Positions 10,107 through 19,880 of a DNA stretch of 64,000 nt are shown here, piece by piece (the first letter of the stretch is position 1; the number at the start of each line of letters is the position of its first letter). The stretch comes from Candidatus Brennerbacteria bacterium (GTDB lineage: Bacteria; Patescibacteriota; Minisyncoccia; UBA6257; GWB1-50-10), in the NCBI GenBank assembly GCA_016183535.1, contig JACPEK010000004.1, forward strand, positions 141,807-205,806, in the 5' to 3' direction. A program made the translations under genes and the position numbers. The notes under the pieces are model-generated. The model had not been told where the DNA came from and did not search any database. It saw nothing but the letters and a program-made list of their open reading frames with translations.

Positions 10107-11588
10107 ATGCCACTCCCATTCAAAGTTTCCAAATCCTTCCTGATTATCGCGGTGTTCTTCATCGCGATCGTCACCCCCTCCACGCTCTTCCCCTTCATCG
10201 TGGGGAAATACGTATGGTTTCGTGCGGCGGTGGATGTGGCGCTCCTCGTGTTCGCGCTTGGCTTTTTGTTTCATCCGCATCAATCGGCGGTCATCAGCAT
10301 TCATCAGCGGCTCGTCTCTCTCTATAAAAATCCGCTTGTGATCGCGGTATCAGCTTTCGTTGTGATATTTCTCCTCGCGGGATTTTTCGGTGTGGATCCC
10401 GCGATGTCTTTCTGGTCCAACTTCGAGCGGGGTGAGGGAGGAATACAAATCCTCCACCTCTATGTATTTTTTATGCTCCTCGCGGTGCTGTTCCGAGAGG
10501 AACATGATTGGCAAAAACTTTTTGCGTGCTCACTCGTGGCAGGGCTTTTTATGACGTTCTACGGGCTCGGCGCGGGACTCCGCTACACGGATGCCGAGCT
10601 TGCCACGCGCCACCTTCCCCAGGGCGGCGTCGAGGAGACCTTCACGGGGAAGGGCGGGCCGTGGTACCAGACTTTCAAGAGCTATATCGGCCCCTCTTTC
10701 AAAAGCGACGGATATCGCTTCCAAGGATCCATCGGGAATGCCGCCTACGTCGCCGCCTACGCTATTTTTATGCTCTTCTACGCGGCCTACCTCCTTGCGA
10801 CGAAATACCGCGCGCGGCTCCACTCGTTCGGGGCATTCGTGCTTTTCTTTCTTCTTGCGGTCTTCCTCGCGGTTTTCTGGTTCGCCGCGACTCGCGGCGC
10901 CTTCCTTGGTCTCGTGGGGGCCGTGCTTGCCTTCCTCGGATACTTCATCTACGCCCATAAAAAGTGGCGCCGATGGCTCCTCGCAGGCAGCGCCGTAGTA
11001 GTGATTATGGTCGGGCTTCTCGTGAGTTTTAAAGATGCTCCTTTTGTGAAAGCGATACCCGGCTCGCGTATTTTCGATCTCTCGTTCACCGCGGAGACGT
11101 TTCAGCACCGCACCATCATGTGGGGCATCGCGCTCGAGGGGTGGAAGGAGCGCCCGCTCCTCGGGTGGGGTCCGGAGAACTATATCCAGGTGTTCGACCG
11201 GCGTTTCGATCCCGCCTACTTTGAGCCGACGAAGGGGTTTGGGGCGTGGTTTGACCGGGCACACAGCATCTACTTCGACTATCTCGTGGAAACCGGCGCG
11301 CTCGGCATTGTAAGTTTCCTCGCGATATTCGTAGTGCTCTACCGCTATCTTTTCCGTTCTCTGAAGCGGGAGAACGGAGATGCGCCAACGCAGGAGGGTC
11401 ATCGTGGGAAGGAAACGCCCCCCGCCTTTCGGGCGCTTCCCTCGGCGCTCGCGTTTGCGCTCCCGGTTGCCTACCTCATCCAGGGCATCGTGCTTTTCGA
11501 CGTGCTCCCCATCTACGTGAACGTGTTTCTTTTCCTCGCGTTCATGGTGTATCGGATGGTCGAACGGCCCCTCGCGCCAAAGGCATAG
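10107..11588 (+). CDS. O-antigen ligase-like (Wzy_C) membrane protein, possible O-oligosaccharyltransferase
   Basis: Multi-TM; SNFERGEG, RFQGSIGN, TRGAFLG, RPLLGWGPENY, FDRAHSIYFDYLVETG motifs; start at 10098 or 10107. Confidence 0.88.
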   Translation: MPLPFKVSKSFLIIAVFFIAIVTPSTLFPFIVGKYVWFRAAVDVALLVFALGFLFHPHQSAVISIHQRLVSLYKNPLVIAVSAFVVIFLLAGFFGVDPAMSFWSNFERGEGGIQILHLYVFFMLLAVLFREEHDWQKLFACSLVAGLFMTFYGLGAGLRYTDAELATRHLPQGGVEETFTGKGGPWYQTFKSYIGPSFKSDGYRFQGSIGNAAYVAAYAIFMLFYAAYLLATKYRARLHSFGAFVLFFLLAVFLAVFWFAATRGAFLGLVGAVLAFLGYFIYAHKKWRRWLLAGSAVVVIMVGLLVSFKDAPFVKAIPGSRIFDLSFTAETFQHRTIMWGIALEGWKERPLLGWGPENYIQVFDRRFDPAYFEPTKGFGAWFDRAHSIYFDYLVETGALGIVSFLAIFVVLYRYLFRSLKRENGDAPTQEGHRGKETPPAFRALPSALAFALPVAYLIQGIVLFDVLPIYVNVFLFLAFMVYRMVERPLAPKA

Positions 11589-11627
11589 ATCCTAAACACT
11601 AAATCCTAAATAAACTTTAAATTTGAC
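11589..11627. repeat. Short heptamer repeat tract (CCTAAAC/ACTAAAT/CCTAAAT)
   Basis: Same unit type as 2531-2563. Confidence 0.55.
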
Positions 11628-11660
11628 ATTTCTTCCCTTGATTAGAAATTTCCACCCCCC

Positions 11661-12230
11661 ATGTCAAAAGCGGTTATAAAAAATTCGGCAATGGTCACGT
11701 TTGTGATACTCGCCGCGCTCGCGCTCATTTTCGGCGCGTATCTGCCGTTTATAAAAGCGCGGGGTTATATCACTTCCATCAACACGCTTGCCTCGGTGAA
11801 TTCGCTTGAATCGTTCTACGCGCATTTCGATCGCCTCCTCCTTCACCCGTCTCCCGTCGGCCAGGAAGAGGCGGTAAAGTACCTCGGGAGCGACATTGCA
11901 AATTTTATCTCCGCGGAGGACCAGCCGGAGCCGGTCGCCCGCGCGATTGTCGCGTATCTCGAGCCGTACCTTTTCCGTAATAACGTGCGTCATCTTCTTA
12001 TGGGTGGCCAGTTCTATGAGACATTATGGAGACGCTTTGGCCAGCAGGAAGCGGACTTGAGAAGCGCCGAAGCATATTACCTCGCCGCGCGCGCGATTGG
12101 GCCCAAGCTCCCACCCGTGCTCTATTCGCTCTACGATCTCTACGGAACGTCGGAACAGCTCGAGAAACGCGCCGAGGTGCGCGACGCGATCATCCGCCTT
12201 TGGCCGGAGGAAGTAAATCGCCTTGAATAG
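11661..12230 (+). CDS. Membrane-anchored helical (TPR-like) protein resembling the C-terminal domain of ligase-TPR fusions
   Basis: One N-terminal TM helix, then helical repeats (AEAYYLAARAIGPKLPPVLYSLYDLY). Confidence 0.7.
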   Translation: MSKAVIKNSAMVTFVILAALALIFGAYLPFIKARGYITSINTLASVNSLESFYAHFDRLLLHPSPVGQEEAVKYLGSDIANFISAEDQPEPVARAIVAYLEPYLFRNNVRHLLMGGQFYETLWRRFGQQEADLRSAEAYYLAARAIGPKLPPVLYSLYDLYGTSEQLEKRAEVRDAIIRLWPEEVNRLE

Positions 12231-12247
12231 CGTTCTAAGGAATTTTT

Positions 12248-13303
12248 ATGAAGATACTTTTTCTAACCACAGACTTGAAAAATTTCGGAGGAATTCAGCA
12301 GTACAATCGGCAGTTACTGCGGGTACTATCTGAGCAAAACGAAAATGTATTCGTGCTTGAACGGAAAAGCGGTTTTTGGGGCAAGATGAAATTTACTGTG
12401 GGTGTCTTTTTTTATGCATGGCGGGATCGACCGGATGTTATTTTTTGCGGACACATAAATTTTTCTCCGCTCGCGTTGGTTTTATTCAAGCTTAAGAATC
12501 AGAGGTTTGTGGTATTTGTTCATGGAGTGGACGCGTGGGATATTCACGGCACATGGCGGCGCGTTGCGCTGGAGAAGGCAGAAAAGGTGGTAACGGTTTC
12601 CTGGTATACCGCGGAGAAAGTTATCCATCAACTGCCGGGCGTAAAAGAACGTTTTTTTATAATTCCCAATAGTGTCGACGGCAAAAAATTTTTTATAAAG
12701 GAGAAACCTCGTTACCTATTTGAAAGGCACGGTATATCGGATACAAAAATTATCCTTACCGTTTCCCGTCTTTCGAAAGTAGAAGCCGGTTTTAAGGGGT
12801 ACGATAGGGTTATCGAATCGTTACCCCGGATTTCGGCGGCTGTACCTAACGTGAAGTATGTATTGGTCGGCGGAGGAGACGATATGCCGCGAATTCGGGA
12901 ATTGGTGAAAAATTTGAAACTAGAAACACAAGTAATTCTCGCAGGCAAAGTGGGGGGAGAGGAACTCATTGATTATTACAATCTCGCGGATGTATTTGTC
13001 ATGCCGTCCAAGTGCGAAGGATTCGGCATTGTTTTCCTGGAAGCGCTCGCGTGCGGGCTCCCGGTTATTGCGGGGAATCGCGATGCTTCTCCTGAAACGC
13101 TTTTGCAGGGGAAGCTCGGCTTTTTGGTGGATCCGGATAATAAGGAAGAAATTGCGGATGCGGTAGTCGGCGTTCTTAATAAAAAATCCTCCTCCCGCTT
13201 ATTAGATCGAGAACATTTGCGGTGGGAAACATTGAAGCATTATGGGCGGGAAAAATTTGATGAAAGGGTGAAATTATTTCTTCATGAAAATCTTCGAAAA
13301 TAA
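12248..13303 (+). CDS. Glycosyltransferase family 4
   Basis: GGIQQYN, LTVSRL..KGYDRVI, DVFVMPSKCEGFGIVFLEALACGLPVI. Confidence 0.93.
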   Translation: MKILFLTTDLKNFGGIQQYNRQLLRVLSEQNENVFVLERKSGFWGKMKFTVGVFFYAWRDRPDVIFCGHINFSPLALVLFKLKNQRFVVFVHGVDAWDIHGTWRRVALEKAEKVVTVSWYTAEKVIHQLPGVKERFFIIPNSVDGKKFFIKEKPRYLFERHGISDTKIILTVSRLSKVEAGFKGYDRVIESLPRISAAVPNVKYVLVGGGDDMPRIRELVKNLKLETQVILAGKVGGEELIDYYNLADVFVMPSKCEGFGIVFLEALACGLPVIAGNRDASPETLLQGKLGFLVDPDNKEEIADAVVGVLNKKSSSRLLDREHLRWETLKHYGREKFDERVKLFLHENLRK

Positions 13304-14159
13304 AATTTCCAAGGCGGCCATAACACAGGAGGAAAATTACCGCTGGTGGAATGACAATCCCATGCGATACGATTGGGGAGAGAGAATACCCTTTCCCGAG
13401 TTTAGTAGGGAATTTTTCAACGAGATTGATAGGCGCTTCTTCCTGAATTCAAAAGAATACCTCCCGTGGAAGGCGATTCCCTTCGATCGGCTCATTGATT
13501 TCGCGGCGTTGAAGGATAAGGAGGTATTAGAGATTGGTGTCGGCAATGGAAGCCATGCGCAACTGTTGGCGGCGCACGCCAAGTCTTTCACTGGCATCGA
13601 CCTCACCGAGTATGCGGTCAAAAGTACCGCGGAGAGGTTCAAGGTTTTTGGTTTGCCCGGAATAATCATCCGTATGGACGCGGAGCGCCTGTCGTTCCCG
13701 GATAATAGCTTTGATCTGGTATGGTCGTGGGGCGTGATCCATCACTCCTCCGACACAAAGAAGATCCTGAAAGAAATCAGGCGCGTGTTGAAGCCGGGCG
13801 GAACCGCGTCCATTATGGTCTACCATCGCGGTTGGTGGAATTATTACGTGATGGGGTTCCTTCGCGCGCTTATATTCGGGGATCTGGTGAAGGGCAGATC
13901 GCTCTTTGAAAGTATTCAACGGTTCACTGACGGCGCCATTGCGAGATATTACCGCCGTTCGGACTGGAAGGAATTGAACGAGCCGATGTTCAGCGTGCGC
14001 GACATCTTTATTCTCGGACCGAAAAGTGATTTTATACCTTTGTCCGCGGGAGCGTTGAAAGATATCATTACAAAATACATTCCGAACTCGCTCGCTCGGT
14101 TGCTCACCGAGAAGTTTAAAATGGGCGTTTTTCTCTACTCGACCCTTCAGAAACCATGA
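13284..14159 (+). CDS. Class I SAM-dependent methyltransferase
   Basis: VLEIGVGNG, DAERLSFPDNSFDLVWSWGVIHH, RVLKPGG. Confidence 0.9.
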   Translation: MKIFENKISKAAITQEENYRWWNDNPMRYDWGERIPFPEFSREFFNEIDRRFFLNSKEYLPWKAIPFDRLIDFAALKDKEVLEIGVGNGSHAQLLAAHAKSFTGIDLTEYAVKSTAERFKVFGLPGIIIRMDAERLSFPDNSFDLVWSWGVIHHSSDTKKILKEIRRVLKPGGTASIMVYHRGWWNYYVMGFLRALIFGDLVKGRSLFESIQRFTDGAIARYYRRSDWKELNEPMFSVRDIFILGPKSDFIPLSAGALKDIITKYIPNSLARLLTEKFKMGVFLYSTLQKP

Positions 14160-14878
14160 ATTATCAGGATAAATTTTATGCACAATACGTTTCTACGCAC
14201 ACCCTCTCCCTTTATGGCGCGGAGTCTTTGGAAAGCATCAGAGAGAGGTTCTTTGCTTGGAAGAAGTATTTCGGAGAATTCTTACCGAAGGATAGTAATG
14301 CTCGGATTCTCGATCTTGGTTGCGGGAGCGGAAGTTTGGTGTACTGGCTCCACGAGATGGGATTTAGAAATGCTGAAGGAATCGACGTGAGCGGCGAGCA
14401 GGTGGCGCAAGCGTCCACATTAGGAATCAAGCACATCCGACGTGGGAACGTGTCCGAATTTTTGAAGGCGAACGTGGGCATCTATGACGCGATTTTCGCG
14501 CAGGATCTCATGGAACATCTTACCAAGCCAGAGATTTTGGATATCGCTGAAAGCGTTCATAAGTCGTTGAAAGAGAACGGAGTTTTTATCATTCAAACCC
14601 TCAATGCAGAGAATCTCCTTTGGGGAAGATTGCGATGGGGGGATTTCACACACGAGACGGCCTTTACGAAAAGCGGCATCGGTCAGGTACTGAGGGTTTC
14701 TGGTTTCCGCGCAATTGAGGTGCATCCACAGAGACCTGTGGTGCATGGGCTGAAATCCCTCGCGCGTTATGTGGTGTGGAGAGTTTTTGAGCTCATCATG
14801 CACGCGTATTTGATCGTCGAGACGGGTTCTTCGCATGGGATATTCACGCAAAACCTCATCGTAGCCGCTCACAAGTGA
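14156..14878 (+). CDS. Class I SAM-dependent methyltransferase
   Basis: ILDLGCGSG, GIDVS, YDAIFAQDLMEHL, DFTHE. Confidence 0.9.
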   Translation: MNYQDKFYAQYVSTHTLSLYGAESLESIRERFFAWKKYFGEFLPKDSNARILDLGCGSGSLVYWLHEMGFRNAEGIDVSGEQVAQASTLGIKHIRRGNVSEFLKANVGIYDAIFAQDLMEHLTKPEILDIAESVHKSLKENGVFIIQTLNAENLLWGRLRWGDFTHETAFTKSGIGQVLRVSGFRAIEVHPQRPVVHGLKSLARYVVWRVFELIMHAYLIVETGSSHGIFTQNLIVAAHK

Positions 14879-16029
14879 AACAATACAAGCTTGCCATACT
14901 CGCATCGCACCCAATCCAATATCAGGCTCCGTTATTCAAAGCGATCACGGAGAGCGGCGAGTTCGATCTTATGGTGTATTTTGCGGGGAAGGGAAACGCG
15001 GCGGCCAAGGCCTACGATTCCGAGTTCGGAAGAGATATCAAATGGGATATCCCTCTCCTCGAGGGGTATCGACACGAGTTCCTCGATTCCAAGTTTGAAT
15101 TACCCCGGCGTCTTCTTTTAGGAAAAGTGCCAATCAATGCCGTCCTGATTCTCGGGTGGAACCTCCTAGAGTTCATCCTCGTGTTCCTTGCGGCGATCGT
15201 TTCCCGAACGCCGATCTTTTTACGCGCCGAAAACCCACTAAAGCAAGAGCTGTTGAAAAAGGGATTCGCCCAGCCGATAAAGCGGTCTGTTCTACGTGTT
15301 CTTTTTCATTTTGTTTCGGCGTTCTTGTACATAGGGAAGGAGAATAAGGAATTTTATGAGCATCTTGGCGCTCCGCCCCGGAAACTGTTCTTTGTTCCCT
15401 ACGCGGTGGACAATGAAAGATTTTTGGATGACCGGAAACGTTTTTCCCCACGGAGAAGCGAGCTACGGAAGGAGCTCGACATTTCAAAGAACGCCTCGGT
15501 GACCCTTTTTGTTGGCAAGTTTATACCAAAAAAGCGTCCCATAGATCTTCTCCGGGCGTACGCCGCCCTCACGGTTGATAACAAGGCGCTCGTGTTTGTG
15601 GGCGAGGGGGAGTTGCTTGGAGCCATGAAAGATTTTGTAAAGGAAAATAAATTGAGCGATGTCCATTTCGTCGGATTCAAGAATCAGACAGAAGTAGGAA
15701 AATACTACGCGATAGCCGACGTTTTTGTTCTGCCATCCGGCATCGGCGAAACGTGGGGGCTCGTGGTAAACGAAGCGATGTGTTTTGGGCTTCCTATTGT
15801 AACTTCCGATATGGTGGGGTGTGTTCCCGATCTCATCATCCCCGGTGCTACCGGCTATACATTTCCACTAGGGGACGTTCCTAATTTAGGAAAGATTCTT
15901 GGTGATTTGCTAAACAACAAAGAAATGAGGAAGAAATTAGGTGAGAGATCCGTTCGACACATCTTCTCTTACAGCTTTAAAGAGGACATCAAAGGGATAA
16001 AAAGCGCATTATTGAGAACAGCACCATGA
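14875..16029 (+). CDS. Glycosyltransferase family 4
   Basis: HPIQYQAPLF, PYAVDN, FVGKFIPKKRP, ETWGLVVNEAM. Confidence 0.93.
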   Translation: MKQYKLAILASHPIQYQAPLFKAITESGEFDLMVYFAGKGNAAAKAYDSEFGRDIKWDIPLLEGYRHEFLDSKFELPRRLLLGKVPINAVLILGWNLLEFILVFLAAIVSRTPIFLRAENPLKQELLKKGFAQPIKRSVLRVLFHFVSAFLYIGKENKEFYEHLGAPPRKLFFVPYAVDNERFLDDRKRFSPRRSELRKELDISKNASVTLFVGKFIPKKRPIDLLRAYAALTVDNKALVFVGEGELLGAMKDFVKENKLSDVHFVGFKNQTEVGKYYAIADVFVLPSGIGETWGLVVNEAMCFGLPIVTSDMVGCVPDLIIPGATGYTFPLGDVPNLGKILGDLLNNKEMRKKLGERSVRHIFSYSFKEDIKGIKSALLRTAP

Positions 16030-17054
16030 AAGTACTGCTGGGAGGATTTCCGGGGAGCGGGACATCGGAACACTTCGCCCGTAGAGCGTTCGAAAACTTG
16101 GGGGTAGAATTGGAATTCTTCGATTTTTCCTCCTACCACACCTCCCCTTTTAATAAGGCGGTGAACAGATTTCGGGAGGTCCCTCTTTATTTCGGAACGC
16201 AGAAATTGAACGCTGAATTAATTGAAGCCGCTCGAAAATTTAAACCTGACTTCATCCTTCTTTTTAAGCCTATTCTTATTAATCCAAGGGTCGTTCTCGC
16301 CCTAAAGGAGACGCCATGCAAGGTATTTTCGTGGTATCCCGATTATGTCTCGTTTCCCAAAACCGCGAGTGTTCTTTTCTACGCTTCTATCTCGGCCTAT
16401 GATTGCCATTTTTCTTTTAATTACGCGAACGCAGAAGAATTAAAAAATATGGGTGCCGTGCGCTCACTTTTTATTCCGTGCGGAGCGGATTCCGAGTGTC
16501 ATAAGCCGACCCTCGTTCCCGAAAAAGAAAGGACACAATGGGCCGCTGATATTGCGTTTGTAGGCACCTACGCACCAGAGAAACGCGTGGAGTTTCTTGA
16601 GAAACTATGCGGTGAAGGATACCACATAAAGATTTGGGGAAATGCATGGGAGGGGCTCCCCAAAGATTCATGCCTCGCCAAGAGGGGGTGTGTGCAATAT
16701 CGTGCCGTGAATTGCGAAGAAATGGGGAAGGTCGTCGCGGCATCCAAGATCATCCTTGCCTTTGTGCGTGGTCACAACAAAGAGACGCTCGCCTGCCGTA
16801 CGTTCGAAATCCCCGCCTATGGAGGTTTTATGTTGCATGAGCGTACCGCGAAGACGGGGGAGTTTTTGAAAGAGGGAGAAGAGGCGGAGTTTTTCGCCGA
16901 CTACCACGAGCTTAAGAGAAAGATAGATTTTTATCTCTCGCATGGAGAAGCAAGGAAAATAATTGCGGAGCGGGGACGGCGGCGCGTGGTAGAAGGAGGA
17001 AATTTAATGGTGGACCGGGTTCGTGCCATCATTGAAGTTTTTAAGACTCTCTAA
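16026..17054 (+). CDS. CgeB-like (Glyco_trans_1_2) glycosyltransferase
   Basis: WYPD, DIAFVGT, CRTFEIPAYGGFMLHER, GEEAEFF, IAERGRRR. Confidence 0.85.
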   Translation: MKVLLGGFPGSGTSEHFARRAFENLGVELEFFDFSSYHTSPFNKAVNRFREVPLYFGTQKLNAELIEAARKFKPDFILLFKPILINPRVVLALKETPCKVFSWYPDYVSFPKTASVLFYASISAYDCHFSFNYANAEELKNMGAVRSLFIPCGADSECHKPTLVPEKERTQWAADIAFVGTYAPEKRVEFLEKLCGEGYHIKIWGNAWEGLPKDSCLAKRGCVQYRAVNCEEMGKVVAASKIILAFVRGHNKETLACRTFEIPAYGGFMLHERTAKTGEFLKEGEEAEFFADYHELKRKIDFYLSHGEARKIIAERGRRRVVEGGNLMVDRVRAIIEVFKTL

Positions 17055-17069
17055 TATAATTTGAACGCT

Positions 17070-18128
17070 ATGAAGAAAAAAAAGACCATTCTTATCACCG
17101 GGGCTGCTGGCTTCATCGGGAGCAATGCCCTTGATTATCTTTTTGGGAAGTACCCCCACTATCGGTTCATCGTGCTTGATGCGCTCACCTATTCCGCAGA
17201 CGTAAAAAATATTCCCGACTACATAAAACAGAGCAATCGATTCGTCTTTTGGTATGGCGACGTGAAGAATGCGAAGATTGTGGACCATCTTGTCAGCCAA
17301 GTGGATGTGGTAGTGCACTTCGCCGCCGAGACCCACGTGACCCGCTCCATTTTTGACGATTCCGCCTTTTTTGAAACCGACGTAATCGGCACGCAACGGG
17401 TTGCGAACGCGGTCTTGAAGCATCGTGCGCGCGTGAAGCGTTTTATACATATTTCCACGAGTGAGGTGTATGGCACGGCCGAGACGCGAAAAATGAGCGA
17501 AACGCACCCACTGAATCCCCAGAGTCCTTATGCGGCCGCAAAAACAGGCGCCGATCGTCTCGTGTATTCCTACCTTATGACGTATAAGATTCCCGCGACT
17601 ATCATCCGCCCCTTCAATATGTATGGACCACGTCAGCACCTTGAAAAACTCATTCCGCGCTTCATCACGAGTTTTATTTTGAATGAGCCTCTCACTATTC
17701 ACGGCACAGGGGACAGCAGCCGCGATTTTACCTACGTGGATGACCTGGTTCGCGCGATTGATCTCGTAATTCATGCTCCAGGAAAAAAGGTAGAGGGAGA
17801 GGTGTTTAATGTGGGTTCGGAGAAAAGCTATTCCGTAAATGCGATTGCAAAGCTTATTACCCGCATGATGGACCACCAAACAGAGAAAAAGACGAAGCAT
17901 ACGACCTATGCGTTGAATGTGGGAGATCGGCCGGGACAGGTATTTAGGCATACTGCGGACACATCAAAAATACGGCGGGTGCTCGGCTGGAAACCGCTTA
18001 TCTCATTCGAAGAGGGGCTCGAGCGTACCGTTGAGTGGTACGTAAAAAATGGAGAGTGGTGGCGCGATAAGGTTTGGATGCGGCACGTTCCGATAGAAAC
18101 GGAGGGGGGCAAAAGAGAGCTTCACTAA
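17070..18128 (+). CDS. rfbB: dTDP-glucose 4,6-dehydratase-like
   Basis: ITGAAGFIGSN, DALTY, HFAAETHV.RS, HISTSEVYG, SPYAAAK, DRPG. Confidence 0.88.
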   Translation: MKKKKTILITGAAGFIGSNALDYLFGKYPHYRFIVLDALTYSADVKNIPDYIKQSNRFVFWYGDVKNAKIVDHLVSQVDVVVHFAAETHVTRSIFDDSAFFETDVIGTQRVANAVLKHRARVKRFIHISTSEVYGTAETRKMSETHPLNPQSPYAAAKTGADRLVYSYLMTYKIPATIIRPFNMYGPRQHLEKLIPRFITSFILNEPLTIHGTGDSSRDFTYVDDLVRAIDLVIHAPGKKVEGEVFNVGSEKSYSVNAIAKLITRMMDHQTEKKTKHTTYALNVGDRPGQVFRHTADTSKIRRVLGWKPLISFEEGLERTVEWYVKNGEWWRDKVWMRHVPIETEGGKRELH

Positions 18129-18140
18129 AAATCTGCGAGG

Positions 18141-19397
18141 ATGAGGAAAAAACAGTTTCGAGCTGGCAAAGATTGGATATGGTACGCGCCGAATACTACC
18201 GATGTGTTCGGAGAGAAAGAAATACGCGCGGTAGAGAAAACGCTTCGTGCGGGGTGGCTTACGACTGGGAAAGTGACCGCCGAATTCGAACGAAAGATCG
18301 CGAAACTGTTCGGCAAGAAATACGGGCTTTTTGTGAACTCCGGTTCTTCTGCGAACCTTCTCGCGTTCGCGGCAAGTAAATTTTCGAAAGGGAGCGAAGT
18401 CATCACGCCCGCCTGCACGTTCAACACCACCATTGCGCCCATCGTCCAAATGGGTCTAGTGCCGGTACTGGTGGATGTGGTGGCGGGAAAGTACACCCTT
18501 AACACGCGCGAACTTGAAAAGGCCCGCTCACGGAAAACCGTTGCGGTCATGGTACCCCACCTTATCGGAAACTTTGTGGATATGGTCGCCGTTCGTGCAT
18601 TCTGTAGAAAACATGAATTGGTTTTCATTGAGGATAGTTGTGATACGATCGGGGGTCTTTATCACGGGAAGCCGTCTGGAATGTGGAGTGATATTGTGAC
18701 TACCAGCTTCTATGCGTCCCATTTGGTGACTGCGGGAGGAGCCGGCGGCATGCTTATGACGAACGACAAGAAACTTCGTGAGCGGGCGAGAGTGATACGC
18801 GACTGGGGGAGAGGTATTTCGCGGCACGACGAAAAGATACGTTCCCGCCTTGCGACATTCCGTATTGACGGGAAACCCTACGACAGCGCATTCGTGTTCG
18901 TGGAGCGCGGATACAACTTCCGGCCGACCGAGATGCAGGCAGCATTCGCGCTGGAACAACTAAAACGTCTTTCTGGTTTTGCCGCGGCACGAAGGAGAAA
19001 CTTCAAAGTACTCCATTCGTTCTTCCGTCGTTACGAAGAGTTCTTCATTCTTCCCGAAGAACTTCCGAAAACGCGTACGAATTGGCTCGCATTTCCACTC
19101 ACCTTAAGAGAAGGAGCGCCGTTCAAGCGAAACGACCTCGTGCGCTATCTTGAGGACCACAAGATCCAGACGCGGCCGCTTTTTTCCGGCAATGTACTGA
19201 AGCAACCGGCGTATCGCGGTGTTTCTCATCGCGTGATAGGAAAGCTTCCGCATTCGAACCTCATTCTCCGGAACTCGTTCCTCATCGGTGTTCACCACGG
19301 TATTACTCAAGAGATGCTCGACTATCTTTTCCGGGCGTTTGAAGCGTTTGTTGTAAAATACGACACCATATTAAGAGGCGCGAAGCTTGCTCCTTAG
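18141..19397 (+). CDS. DegT/DnrJ/EryC1/StrS-family PLP enzyme, His-type (RfbH/ColD-like NDP-4-keto-6-deoxyhexose 3-dehydrase)
   Basis: VNSGSSANLLA, IEDSCD, SFYASH (His at the usual Lys position), RDWGR, GYNF, QTRPLFSGN. Confidence 0.85.
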   Translation: MRKKQFRAGKDWIWYAPNTTDVFGEKEIRAVEKTLRAGWLTTGKVTAEFERKIAKLFGKKYGLFVNSGSSANLLAFAASKFSKGSEVITPACTFNTTIAPIVQMGLVPVLVDVVAGKYTLNTRELEKARSRKTVAVMVPHLIGNFVDMVAVRAFCRKHELVFIEDSCDTIGGLYHGKPSGMWSDIVTTSFYASHLVTAGGAGGMLMTNDKKLRERARVIRDWGRGISRHDEKIRSRLATFRIDGKPYDSAFVFVERGYNFRPTEMQAAFALEQLKRLSGFAAARRRNFKVLHSFFRRYEEFFILPEELPKTRTNWLAFPLTLREGAPFKRNDLVRYLEDHKIQTRPLFSGNVLKQPAYRGVSHRVIGKLPHSNLILRNSFLIGVHHGITQEMLDYLFRAFEAFVVKYDTILRGAKLAP

Positions 19398-19880
19398 CGT
19401 TTTGAGTAGTGTCTTGTGTTCTTCAATTACATCTTTTGGTAACTCAGTAAGAAGGAAAAACACTCCGGTTTTGGAATCTTTAATTCCCCTCTTTTTCCGG
19501 CTCAAAAAAATAAGAGAGACTTCCTGTCCTCGCGGCGTTTCTTTTTCTTCAAGCGCGAAGAATCGAGGTTTTGTGAGTGAAAATTTCACCTCTTGCTTCT
19601 GAATTCTTAGAAGTGCGTCTCTAATCTTTTCGCCGGGGCGAAGCACGCTCCCCGGAATATGCCATCCCTTCCAGTATCTGTCGTTTCGATAAGTGAGAAG
19701 CGCCTCCATTTTTTTTCCTGAACCTTTTGTTACAACGAGTTCTATGGGGTTCACGGTGAATGTTTTGCACCACGCGTCAAAAAGAGCAGGCGAAACAGGG
19801 AAACGAACTTTTCGGAGCAAGCCTATCAATACGCGTTCTTCGCGGAAACTTAACAATGAGTTTTGTTTGTGGTTTTGCAT
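19371..19880 (-). CDS. NUDIX-fold hydrolase (GDP-mannose mannosyl hydrolase-like)
   Basis: LLTYRND..WKGWHIPGSVLRPGEKIRDALLRIQKQEV is a degenerate Nudix box; start at 19880 or 19922. Confidence 0.7.
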   Translation of the reverse strand: MQNHKQNSLLSFREERVLIGLLRKVRFPVSPALFDAWCKTFTVNPIELVVTKGSGKKMEALLTYRNDRYWKGWHIPGSVLRPGEKIRDALLRIQKQEVKFSLTKPRFFALEEKETPRGQEVSLIFLSRKKRGIKDSKTGVFFLLTELPKDVIEEHKTLLKTLRSKLRAS

